NCBI GenBank assembly: GCA_000004695.1
Contig: CM000152.2
Location: forward strand, 2,880,001 to 2,944,000
Reading direction: 5' to 3'
Source of the DNA: Dictyostelium discoideum
Taxonomy: Eukaryota
Length of the DNA stretch: 64,000 nucleotides
Part shown: positions 51,685 to 63,639 of the stretch, piece by piece
Layout: each line of letters starts with the position of its first letter
Position numbering within the stretch: position 1 is the first letter of the stretch
Made by a program: the position numbers and the translations under genes
Notes under the pieces: model-generated
Databases searched by the model: none
Seen by the model: only the letters and a program-made list of their open reading frames with translations
Told to the model about the DNA's origin: nothing

Positions 51685-52543
51685 TTTTTTAGGTTTAATT
51701 TGTAGGAAAGTGAAAAAAAAAATTTTCTTTTTTTTTTTTTTTTTTTTTATTCCCTTTTTTTTTTTTTTTTTTTTAATTACATTTTTTTTTTTTTTTTTTT
51801 TTGGTAGTGTTTACAAATACTAAACTTTTCTTCTATTCTTTTTAGATTTAAACCCAGTTAAAATATATTTTTTAAATTGGAAAAAAAATTTAGTATTCTC
51901 ATTATTATAATTATAATTGTATGAATAAATATTATAACTGTTATCAACTAATAATAGGTTAGATTTTTTTTTTTTTTTTTTTCTTAAAAAAAAAAAAGTA
52001 TTAATAGTTAATTTGAGAATAATTAATAAACAAACATAATTATTACTAAAAACTAAAAAAACTTCCTGATTTCAAATTAAAAAAACTCTTAAAATCTGTT
52101 TATTCAAGATTCTTTTATTAAAAAATTAATTTTTTAATTTTATTTTTTTAATAAGTCCAAAACCAAGAATTCCTATTTTAATTTAAGATAGACATTTCAA
52201 TGGAATATTAGTACAACCAATTTCTTTATCACATTTATCAATTGTACATAAATTATTTCATCACAAGTAATATCATAAATACACATTAAATTTTTAATAT
52301 TATCATTATTTACTAAATAATATTAAAAAATTAAAACTGTTATAAAAAATAAAATTAATAAAACAATTAATGCAGTGTATAGGAAAATAATAATAATAAT
52401 AATATCACAAAATATTTTTTTACTCCACCCCCCAAATAATTGCCAATAATATTTATTTTTCTTTAACCCACCACCACTCAAAATTACAACATAATTTTTG
52501 TATATTATTTCTAACAAACAAGTTTTTTTTTTTTTTTTAGGTT

Positions 52544-53256
52544 TTATTTGTCATGACATACTAAATGATCAAGAAAACCACCAGAGTAATCAATAACACA
52601 ATCTCCACTAGTCGGCTCACATTTTTCTAATTGACAAATAAATCCAAGACCTAATAAACCAATAGTTTTCTTTGGAGGACACTTTCTAGTTGAAAAGAGT
52701 TTACACTTTCCAGTGGATTTATCACATCCAACAGATTTACATAAATCTGGATCATTACATAAAACTGGTGAATGTGTACAACCAATTTCTATATCACATT
52801 TATCAATTGTACAAGGATTAAAATCATCACATGAAATTGGTTCAGTTTTACAAATTCCATCACTTTTATCACATCCTAATGATTTAGTACATTTATTATC
52901 GGGTGGGCAAATAGTATAGTTATTAGTACACCCAATATTTGGATAACATTTATCAATTGTACCTAGATTACCATCATCACATGAAATTGGTTCAGTTTTA
53001 CAAATTCCATCAATTTGATCACATCCTAATGATTTAAAACATTTATTTTTATTATCAACATCATTATTAGAACATTTAATTGGAGTATGTGTACAATATT
53101 CAGTAACATTTGCATTTTTTGGCAATTTAGATAAATCAGATGGACAAGAATCAATTGTACATAAATTATTATCATTACAAGTTGTCATATTGTTACAATC
53201 TGGTAATAGTGGTGGTGGTGGTGGACAAACATCATCATTAACTCCTGGAATATTAT
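52544..53256 (-). CDS. psi-like copy 2, exon 4 (short PPPPPLLP linker, seven Dicty_CTDC-type Cys repeats)
   Basis: AG acceptor at 53258-53257. Continuous ORF to the stop at 52544. Confidence 0.55.
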
Positions 53257-53356
53257 CTTTTTTTTTTTTATAAAAAAAAAAAAAACAATTAAAATTAAAA
53301 TAAAAAAATAAAATAAATATTTTTTTAAAAATAATATTTATAATAATAATACATAC

Positions 53357-53638
53357 TACATTCAAAAACAAATGGTGTTTTAAAAAGAGCATATTTATAT
53401 GGTTTATATTCATCAAATCTTTGACATGAAAAGAAATCAAATGTATATGTTTCACCATTTGTTAAATTTAAACATTTATGATCTATACTTATTTCAGGAT
53501 CACTTATACCTGAAAATTCCAATACCAATTTACCATCAATAAATACTGAATATTCACCACCAATATAAAAAGAAAAATAATCAGATGTTTTTTTCTTTTT
53601 TATATTATATTTGAATTTATAATGACCTTCCATACACC
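53357..53638 (-). CDS. psi-like copy 2, exon 3 (PA14 core YIGGEYSVFIDGKLVLEFSG...)
   Basis: AG acceptor at 53640-53639. GTATGT donor at 53356. Confidence 0.55.
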
Positions 53639-53721
53639 CTTTTTAAGTATGTAAAAAATAAAAATAAATAAATAATATAATTTAAAAATGATATATTGTT
53701 AAAATTAATATCATTACTTAC

Positions 53722-53939
53722 AAAATAGGTTATTTTCTTGTTCACCTTCATTCCAACCCTTTCCATTAATCGGGTAAAATGGATTAATAAAGATTTGATA
53801 AAGAACAATTCCGTTTTCATAGTAAGTGGGATAAAATTTAAATTGGTCAATAATATTCTTTGTTGAATCTTCATTTGAAATGAATGATTGATCATAAACA
53901 TTTTGATTATCAATAAATTTAAATTTACAATCTTCACAA
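53722..53939 (-). CDS. psi-like copy 2, exon 2
   Basis: AG acceptor at 53941-53940. Same 218-nt length and phase as copy 1 exon 2. GTAAGT donor at 53721. Confidence 0.55.
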
Positions 53940-54022
53940 CTAAAACTATTTAAATAATTTAGTGTTTTTTATAAAATAATAAAAATAAAATAAATAAAAA
54001 ATTAATACACAAACACACTTAC

Positions 54023-54232
54023 CAATATTCAGGTTTATTAAAAAAAGGATTTAAATTTTGTTTAACTAAACCATAATTTCCTATTGAATTTGATGAACAT
54101 TGAGTATAGTTAATATTAAATCCAGGTTGAGAAGATTTTAAAATCATATACCTTATATGGAGCAAAAAAAGATGTTTCACAATAACAATTTTTTAATATA
54201 GTTAAAATTACTACAATTAAACTGATTTTCAT
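54023..54232 (-). pseudogene. psi-like copy 2, exon 1 with an apparent +1 frameshift between the signal peptide and the PA14 start
   Basis: ATG at 54232 gives MKISLIVVILTILKNCYCETSFFAPYKVYDF. The frame that joins the TAT TG|GTAAGT donor is +1 relative to it (one extra base near 54140 compared with copy 1). Confidence 0.45.
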
Positions 54233-54620
54233 TTTAATTAATATTTTAAAATAATATAATAATTAATTTACTTAAATAATTATTTTATCCATTTATTTTT
54301 TTTTCTTTTTTTTTTTTTTTTTAATAAAATTAAGAAAGAATAAATTGTAAAAGATTAATTTATTGTAATTTTAATCATCATATTTAATTTTTTAAAAATA
54401 CTTAATTATGTAATATTTAATAAAAAGAAGTTGTAATTTTTTTAAAATCGGAAATATACCACACTAAAATGTGTGAATAATAATAATTATAATTAATTTT
54501 ATAAAATGAAAGTTCACAATTTTTCCAATTGTTTGTTTTTTCTATTTTAAAAAACTATTAAATTATTATTTTTTATTATTGGTTGTAAAGTAAATGATTA
54601 AATAAAAAAATAAATTAATT

Positions 54621-55922
54621 TCAACAAAGTAATTTATCTAAAAGTCCTTTAGAAGAATCAGGAATGCAATTACCAGAAGATGGTTCACACATTTCAGGCT
54701 GACAACCAACACCAATTCCTAATAAATCAATTGTTTTCTTTGGTGGACATTTTATTTCTGGTAATTGTTCGCATTTTCCATTTTTAACATTACAAGAATT
54801 TGGTTTACATTTATTTGAATTATCGCATTCTATCAGAGTATGTGTACAATAACTCTCAAAACTTGAACCTACAGGAATTTGAAATGATGGGGTGGACAGG
54901 TATCAATTGTACATAGATTATTACCATTACAATCTTTTTCAGGTACGCATTGTGGTGGACAAACATCATCATTAACCCCTGGAATATTATCTTTTTTTTT
55001 TTATTTTTTTTCAAATTAATCAATATTTTATAATTTTTCTTAGTATTTTTTTTTGAAAAAAATAATAATACTTACTGCATTGAAATACAAATGGTGTATC
55101 AAATTGGAGATAAACAAATGGTTTATTTTGATCAAATCTTTGGCACATAAAGAAATCAAATGGATAGGTTTTGCCAACTTCAAGATTTAAGTTTTTATGA
55201 TTTACTGCGGAATCAGGATTACCAGTACCTGCAAATTCAAATGCCAATTTACCATCGATAAATGCTGATATATCACCTCCTGCACACAATGAAAAGAAAT
55301 AAGAAGTTTTTTTACTCACTTGATATTTGAATTTATAATGTCCTTCAATGCACCCTATAATTATTAATATAAAAAAAAAAAAAAATAAAAAAAAAAAAAA
55401 AATATTAATAATTAATATTTTTTAAATATTATTTTTGATAAAAGCTTACAATATCTATTCTCACCAGATACACCTTCATTCCAACGTTTTCCTTTAATTG
55501 GAGTAAATGGTTTTAGAGTAACAACATATTTAACTTTTCCATTTGAATAATGGACTGGATTAAAAGTGAATGTATTGATTACATCTTTTGATAATCCAGG
55601 AGTTCTAATAAACGATTGATCATATTTTTCTTCATTGGAAATAAAATTAAATTTTTCATTTGCACAACTATTAACATTGGAAAAAAAATTAATAATTAAA
55701 TAATTATTACATACCAATATTCAGGTTTATGAGTGTTTGGATTTAATAATTTTTTAACTAAACCAGTTGATTTGATTGATTTATCATTTGAGTATTTAGT
55801 ATAGTTGATATTAAATCCAGGTTGCGATGGTAAAAGTCATAAACTTTATATGGAACATAGAATTTTTGGGAAAAGCACGAACCTATAAATAAACTTAAAA
55901 ATATAAATAAATTTTTTTTCAT
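54621..55922 (-). pseudogene. psi-like copy 3, pseudogene (-1 frameshift in exon 1, premature TAG in the first Cys repeat, deletion of the whole Pro/Thr linker)
   Basis: Exon 1 reads GACTTTTACCATCGC against copy 1 GACTTTTTGCCATCGC. The Cys-rich exon reads CTIDTCPPHHFKFL(stop). The linker-to-Cys junction is cattgtggtgg|acaaacatc with no PPT repeats. Confidence 0.6.
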
Positions 55923-56199
55923 TTTTTTAGTTTTTGTTTGATTTTTTAGGAAATTTAAATTGATTCTTTTTTTTTTATTTTTTTTTTTAAGATTTTTTTT
56001 TTTTTTATTTTTTTTTTTATAATTTTTTTTTTTTACTTTTTTTTATTTTAAAAAAAAACAACCCAAATACTAGACAGTTTAGATTTATATCCAGTTAAAA
56101 ATTATTTTTAATATTTGAAAAATATTTTAGTATTGTCATTATTATAATTATTATTTTAAATTGGGAATAAATTTTTAATATTGTTATTAATGAGATTGG

Positions 56200-56233
<34 letters not shown>

Positions 56234-57405
56234 AATATTTAATAATAATTAGATTTAGAATTATAAATAAAAAAAATAATTACTAAAAATAAATTAAGAA
56301 AAAAAATAAATAAATTAATAAAACTATTTTTATCAAATTCTCAATTTTTTGAAACATTTGGATGAATTTTAAAATAAAAAAAAAAAAAAACACTGAAATC
56401 AAAATTTTTTTTTTTCTGTTAGGCCCGTAATTAGTTCACTATTAAAATCTGTTTACCCAAGATTTTTTATTTTGAAATTATTTTTTAAAAAAAAAAAAAA
56501 AAGAAAAAAAAAAAAAAATTAAAGTAAAAAAGTGTGAGTGATGTTAAAATAAACACACACACACATTAACTCACAAAAACAACACACCCCATCTAAAAAT
56601 AAATTTTTTGAAATTAATAATAATTTATTTTTATTTTATTTTTAATTATTATTATTATTATTATTTTTTTTTTTTTTTTTTTTAAGTGTTGTATAAAACA
56701 AAATTTTATTTTATAATTTTTCAAAAAATTAATTTACAATTATAATTTTATACTTGGTTGTAAAAAAAAAAATTACATTCTCACATATACTCACTCACAC
56801 AACACCTAAATAAAATAATTAACTTTATCCCATCATATTCGAAATTATTATCTCTCTTTCCTTCAAACTACACACCCTCTGTTTTTTTTATTTAATTTAT
56901 TTTAATTTTATTTTATTTTATTTAATTTATTTTATTTTATTTTATTTTTTCATTCAATTAAAATAATTTTCAATCTATTAGAGTTCAAATAATTTTATTT
57001 TTTAATTAATAAAACTATTCATAATTTTTTTTTTTTTTTTTTTTTTTTATGCTATTTAAATATTAAAATTTCAATTTTTTTAATAATATAAATATAGACA
57101 AATACCACTCACATTTGATTAAAAATTAAAAAAATAAAAATAATATATTAGATAGGTTTAAATAATCATTCTCATAATAAATTTCATTTTTTTTAAAAAA
57201 TTATAAATCAATTTAATTATTTTAAATTATTTAAATCATAAAAAAAAAAAAATAAAAAAAAAAATATATTATTTATTTATTTATTTTTTCATTTATTTAT
57301 TTATTTATTCATTTCCCTCTTTTAAACAATTTATTTATAAAAACTATATTAAAATTATATTAAATTAAATTTTTAATAAAAAAAAAAAAAAAAAAGAAAT
57401 AAAAA

Positions 57406-57444
57406 ATGAAAATTGGTTTTAATGTATTTAAAAAATCACAAAAG
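57406..57444 (+). CDS. small hypothetical protein, exon 1 (MKIGFNVFKKSQK)
   Basis: ATG at 57406. GTAAAA donor at 57445, phase 0. Confidence 0.4.
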
Positions 57445-57582
57445 GTAAAATTAAAAAAAAAAAAATTTATTTGAATTAAAAATTATTATAAAAAAAAAAA
57501 AAAAATAAAAAAAAAAAAAAATTTAAAATTTAAAAATTAATTAATTTTTTAAAAAAATAATAATAAAATTAAAAACCTATAG

Positions 57583-57942
57583 AGATCTGATCAAGCTCAT
57601 CTTTGTGCATTATCAGAGAGTAGATTTAAAGTTGATCAATTTCTAAATTCAAATACATTTTCAAAAGGTAAAACATTACAACCAAGAATATTAGCAATTT
57701 GTGAAGATTCAATTAAAATTATAGCAGGTGATGAATCTGATATTATTGAAGAAATTGGTTGGTTACAAATTCAACAATTCAATCTTAAAGATAGTTGGAC
57801 AGAATGGGAAATTATTTTAAAAGATAAAAGAAAGTTCTTTTTCAAAAGTGATCGTTGTTTTGATATTCACATGGCTACTGATCATATTTTAGATGGTTTA
57901 ATTTGTTTAAATAAAACAAATGATTTTAAAAATATTGAATAA
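57583..57942 (+). CDS. small hypothetical protein, exon 2
   Basis: AG acceptor at 57581-57582. Clean 120-codon frame (RSDQAHLCALSESRFKVDQF...) ending in TAA at 57942. No family recognised. Confidence 0.4.
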   Translation, partial: RSDQAHLCALSESRFKVDQFLNSNTFSKGKTLQPRILAICEDSIKIIAGDESDIIEEIGWLQIQQFNLKDSWTEWEIILKDKRKFFFKSDRCFDIHMATDHILDGLICLNKTNDFKNIE

Positions 57943-58221
57943 TATAAATAATAATTATTAAAAAAAAAAAAAAATCAAACCCAAATGTATATAGAAAGAA
58001 ACAAACAAAAAAATATTGTAAATAACCAAATCCAAAAAAAAAACAAACTTTTATTTTATATTTTTTTTTTTATTGTAAATCCAATATAAAGAAAAAAAAA
58101 AAAAAAAAAAAAAAAAAATTATTTGAATAAAAATAAAATAAAAAACATATTTATTTATAAAAAATTAATTTAAAAAATAACTTTTTTTTTTTTTTTCAAT
58201 AATTATAAATTATTATTATTT

Positions 58222-59231
58222 TTATTGTATAACTTTATAATAACCATTTTTACTTGATTTTTTCATTATTATATAAATGATTAAACCCCCAACTAAGAAA
58301 CCAAAGGCGCAACCACCAACGGTGATACCAATCCAAGCACCCAATGTGAGTGGGACAGGTTTTGGAGTTGATGGAGCATCAATACCAATAGATTGTGGTA
58401 AATCATTGAATGATTTATTCTTTAAGAATCTAGTGATCATATCGAATGAAGTTGAAGGCATATTCATTGGATACATATGACTACCACCTAATGCTAAAAC
58501 AAAGGTTAAATTTGCAGCTGTTTTACCATAACCACCAGATTGAAGTGAACCATCAGTACCAACTGATGTCCATGTGAAACGTGGTGCATCTGACCATTCT
58601 TGAGTGTAATCCCACTCAATTTGATTTAAATATTCAGTAGTACCAACATGGTTACAAATTACATCGAATTGACCATTATAAATTAAAACTCTAATATTTG
58701 ATAACAATTCTGGGAATAAATATAATGAACTTTCATCTTGATTTGTAAGTAACCCATTTACAGTATCATTACACTCATTCCATTGATGTGGTGTCACTGT
58801 TGCATGAATTGCACTTCTAACATCATCACGATTCAAATAAACAAATTCTTGATTGATACCTGGTAATGGCCAGTTGTTACCTGCTGTTGGATCGTTTAAT
58901 CTATAATCGTACATATTGACTTGAGAAGTATTACTTGAACCGGAATCATCCAAAAGTGTATTAAAAACATTTGCACATTCATCAGAGTTGTAATTACCTT
59001 GTGAGAGTTGTTCTTGACAAAGATTATTAAGATTTTCATAATTGTTATATTGTCTTTGACCAATGATACCAGTTGCATAATATCCAAATTCACGATATGA
59101 ATTAATTTGAGTTGTTGGATGAGTATAACCATTACCAATTGCAACACCTTGAAGATTAATTTTAATTGAATCTTTTGATAAATTTTCATTCATATTTAAA
59201 ATATAACTTGCCATATGTGGAATATAATGTC
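58222..59231 (-). CDS. serine carboxypeptidase, exon 3 (GESYAG catalytic Ser, C-terminal TM helix plus short basic tail; Kex1-like topology)
   Basis: AG acceptor at 59233-59232 completes G|ESYAGHYIP. Contains LALGGSHMYP (catalytic His region). TM segment LGAWIGITVGGCAFGFLVGGLIIYIIM. Stop at 58222. Confidence 0.8.
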
Positions 59232-59284
59232 CTGCATAACTTTCTATTTATTTTTAAAATTTTAATAAATATTAATATTTTAAT

Positions 59285-59326
<42 letters not shown>

Positions 59327-59331
59327 CATAC

Positions 59332-59485
59332 CACCAGAAATGAAAAATGGTAAAGTTGAATAATTTGAAAAAATTTGGAAAAATTCTTGAATAAATTGAT
59401 AAAAGTTTTGATTAATTTCTAAATCATTTGTAACTAAACCATCATTATCACTAACGAATGAAAGACCTGTTCCAAATGGTTGATC
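59332..59485 (-). CDS. serine carboxypeptidase, exon 2
   Basis: AG acceptor at 59487-59486. DQPFGTGLSFVS...PFFISG. GTATGT donor at 59331, phase 1. Confidence 0.75.
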
Positions 59486-59573
59486 CTATTTATTTATTTA
59501 AATTTTTATTAATATTTTTAAAATAATAAAAAAGTGTTTAGAAAAAAAAAAAAAAAAAAAAAAAATTTCTTAC

Positions 59574-60089
59574 AATATATAACATATTTGCAGAATTATG
59601 CCAACTCCATGGATTAATATAAAATTTATCAGAATTATCAGAATCACCAATAAATCTGAGTGGACCAGTTTCAATGAAAACTGAATCCATTGAACTACAA
59701 CCTGGACCACCATTTAACCAAACTAATAATGGTGCATCCATTGGATTAATAACGGTTTCATTGGCTGGGAAGAACCAAAAGAATAAATTACCATCACTAG
59801 TTTCATTGGTTGTTAATAAACCTGAAAATGATGTTAAAATACCATTATCAAGACCTGGTAAATCGGTTACAAGGAAATCATTTGGAGTTTGTTTAACATT
59901 TTTTAATGATTTTAAATATTTATTATCATAATATTCTTTTGTATATGTTTTTGGTGAAGGATTTGGTTTTCTATCGGTTTGTTTTCTTTTACTAAAATTT
60001 ATTTTAGATTCAACAATACCACCATTATTATTTAATAATAATAATTGAATAATTAAAATAATTGATAATAAAATTATTTTAATATTCAT
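59574..60089 (-). CDS. serine carboxypeptidase (S10 family), exon 1 (signal peptide, WLNGGPGCSS oxyanion motif)
   Basis: ATG at 60089. LLVWLNGGPGCSSMDSVFIETGP. GTAAGA donor at 59573. Confidence 0.8.
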
Positions 60090-60646
60090 TTTTTTAGATT
60101 TTTTTTTTTTTTTTTTTTTTGTTTGTAAACTGTTTTAAAAAAAAAAAATAAAAAAAAAAAAAACGCTGTTTAAATAACAAAAAATGATTTTTTTTTTTAT
60201 TTTTTTTAAAAAAAAAAAATTAAAAAAAAGATTTTTTTTATTCGCTGGAAATTTCTTTTGCAATCTTAAAAAATAATTTATTTTTTTTTTTTTTCTGTAA
60301 ACAGATTCTGAAGTGTGACAGAATTCTTTTTAACTTTTTTTTTTTTTTTTACAACCAAATAATTTTTAATTTTTATTTTTGCAGATAAAAAAGTATTTTA
60401 AAATTTAATTTAGAAAAAAAAAAATAAAAAATAAAAAAAAAAAAATAAAAAAAAAAATAAGAATTCTATCCACCTTCAGAATCTTCTTTATTTAATAAAA
60501 TTTAGTATTTTATTTTATAAAAAAATGTTTTTTTTTTTTCTTAAACAAAATAATAATCATAAAAAAAACCATTTTTTTTTTTTGAATTAGATCTGTTTTT
60601 AAAAAAACCGCCAATTTTGGTTGTTTTTGAAAAAAAATATAAAAAA

Positions 60647-60717
60647 GCGTATGTGGTCTAGTGGTATGATGCATCCCTGCCACGGATGCGAACTGGGTTC
60701 GATTCCCAGCATACGCA
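60647..60717 (+). tRNA. tRNA-Gly (anticodon GCC)
   Basis: 71-nt cloverleaf. Acceptor GCGTATG/CATACGC with discriminator A. Anticodon stem CATCC/GGATG with loop CTGCCAC. T arm CTGGG-TTCGATT-CCCAG. Internal A and B boxes. T6 run immediately downstream. Confidence 0.85.
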
Positions 60718-60720
60718 CAA

Positions 60721-60726
60721 TTTTTT
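60721..60726 (+). terminator. RNA polymerase III oligo(T) terminator for the tRNA
   Basis: TTTTTT starting 4 nt after the discriminator base. Confidence 0.5.
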
Positions 60727-60749
60727 AAGGTACCCCCAATAAAATCACA

Positions 60750-60759
60750 GGTTCGATTC
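60750..60759 (+). promoter_or_regulatory. external B box (ex-B) downstream of the tRNA gene
   Basis: GGTTCGATTC repeats the T-loop B-box consensus 33 bp after the tRNA 3-prime end, with no accompanying acceptor or anticodon arms. Dictyostelium tRNA genes characteristically carry such an ex-B box. Confidence 0.5.
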
Positions 60760-62905
60760 TTTTTTCCTCTACACCGATTTAGAAAAAAAAAAAAAGATTC
60801 TTTTTTCCTCTAATTAATCATGATCAACTGGTAGTTTTTAAAATTAATTAATTCTTTTGCTTTTTTAATTAATAATGATTAGTATATTTGATTCTTTTTT
60901 ATTGAATCACCAAAGTTTGATGAATTATAAGTTGAATTAATAAAAATTTATGGATAAATTTCTTTTTTACCTCCAAATGATTATGTGGTAAAAAACTCTT
61001 ATTATCAACACTTCTTAACAAATGCTAACCATTTTAGATTATATTGAAAAGGCAAAAAATTTAAAATTAACTCTTTTGAAAGATCCAAGTTATCTCCTTA
61101 AATAAATAATAAAACAATGAAAATTAACTTGAAAATCTTATTGTATTCCAGGAGCTAGGGTAATCATATAGATTGAATTATTTTGAATATTATTAAAATT
61201 ATGATTATTATGCAAGGTTCCAGTTATTGGTGTACCATTATGTGATAAAGTATTGTATTTGTTAAAATCACCTACAGTTAATTGTTGTGATCCAAATGAA
61301 ATAATTGATATTTGATCGACTGTACTAATAATATGCTGAAATACAACTAACTTTAAAATTGCCACTTGTTGATACATCTCTATTATAAATTTGAATTAAA
61401 ATTACTATATAAAATAATGGTATTTCAAAGTAATGAATACATTTTTGAAATGATTGATCATTTGTTTTTGATTTAAAATTTACTTCATGTATTAATAATT
61501 ATCATTGGAGTTAATTGAAGTTGTCTTAATTTACTTAATGAACAATCTGGTTGTTGGCATGAATTTGCCTTATCAATAATAACCAATCCATTTAATAAAT
61601 ATGAAAAATCCGTGAATGTACCTTTTTTTAACATCAACATGCTTCTCCAATACAAATCCATTATAATCAACAAAAAGTTGCATATCCTAAACATAAAAAA
61701 AAAAAAAAAATTTAATATTAAATTTAATATTTAAATTTTTCTGTTGGAATTTTTAAAATTATAATAATACATTTTTAATGAAATTTAATTGATTTTCTAT
61801 TTTTCCAAAATTTGAAATATTGACAAATATATTTCCATCAAATTTAATGAGTTGAAGTTGTTGAATCCCATTTTTTAATCTTTTTCAACTCTTTAGTATA
61901 TGGTGCAAAATCATTGTTTCCCTTTTTGATTAATGTCCAAAGCTAGCCATTTTTTTTGGCTCTTCAAATCCAATAGATAATATCATTATTATTATTATTT
62001 TAGATTTGAAAAAATGTTAAAATATATAAAAATATAAAAATATTATGTGTACGCAAAAAATTAAACTCTTATTTATTGTGATTGAATATGATTGATTTTC
62101 TTTCATATTTTAAAAACAATAATTGGACTATAAACGATAACTATTTTTTGATTGATAATAATCCATATCTTTAATATACTAAACATAGATGTAATATTAA
62201 TATTATTCGTTTTTTAAAAAAAAAATTGATAAAAGTTGGTGTGCAATAGAACAACTATTATATAATGTTGAATCTTGAATGAATAATGAAAAATAAATAA
62301 AAAAATTAATTAAAAAAAAAAGAAAAATTATATTAAAATAAAAATAAAAAAATTATCCCCTTTTTTTTTTTAAATATAAATAAACATATGTATTTTTTTT
62401 ATTTTTTTAAGCACTAATTTAATTTTTGGTGCTTTTTTTGAAATTGTTGTGATATACGATTTAATTTTAATTAATTTTTTTTTTTTTTTTGTTTGTGGAA
62501 TAATAAAATAAAAAAAAAAATTGATTTTAAAATTCTATTACTTATATAAAATAGCTATCACCATACAAAAAAAAAAACTAGAAATGGAATTGAATTGAAG
62601 TACATCCTTTTTAATTTTTGATTCAATTTTTTAGATTTTAAAACTTCAATATATTAATATGATATATAAGTAATTATTTTTTTTAAGATATTTCCTTGTC
62701 ATTCTTTGATTTAATAAAAAATAATTTCTAATAATAAGAATTACAAAAAACAAACAAAAATATCAAAACTTAAATATCAAAAGACTGTGTTTAAATAAAA
62801 AAAGAAAACTAATTATTTGAGATTATAGAGATTAAATTAAACAATGGTCACAAATTATTTAAATTTTTAAATTCAATAAATATGTTCTTTTATTTTTTAC
62901 TTTTT

Positions 62906-62939
<34 letters not shown>

Positions 62940-62955
62940 TTCCAGATTAGAATAT

Positions 62956-63500
62956 CTAATCATCATGATTTTGGTTATCATTTTCATCATTATTATTAAT
63001 ATTATTATTGTTGTTTTCACTATTATTATTATTATTATTGGTATTATTATCGTTATTATTATCATTATCACCATCACTGTTGTTATCAAAATTTGAATGA
63101 TTATTAATGTTCGAAGTACTGTTTTTAATAAAACTGCTATTATTTGAAGTTACAATATCAGATTCAAAATTAAAAGCACTAATATTGCATGCATTTTTAT
63201 TATTTGACATTAAAGAACGTTTGAAAATATCCAACAATGATTTTCTAAAAGAAGGCATTTTTAAGATGAAATTTGCTTCGTCAATGATTTGAAAATTTTC
63301 AGAAAAGAATCTAACAGCCTCATCCAACAAGAATGATGATTCATAAATTTCTGTTAATTTGAAAATACTATAAATATTATCGATACTATATTTCTTTATA
63401 ATTAAAGTTTCACAAATCATTTTTAATCTTGTAATCATAAATCTATTTGCCGCAATAAATAATTGAATATAATCTTCAAATCCTAATCCATTTGATTGTA

Positions 63501-63531
<31 letters not shown>

Positions 63532-63560
63532 GTTATTTCTATTATATTCTTCAATATTAA

Positions 63561-63639
<79 letters not shown>

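Noticed and set aside
52150-52310. Possible additional exon upstream of the copy 2 stop
   Set aside because: It is a degraded duplicate of the Cys-repeat fragment (matches 48880-49080), with no open frame. It is noise inside the duplicated block, not a separate feature.
60745-60765. Second tRNA gene suggested by GGTTCGATTC
   Set aside because: Only the B-box/T-loop is present, with no acceptor, D or anticodon arms. I interpret it as an external B box, not a tRNA or pseudo-tRNA.
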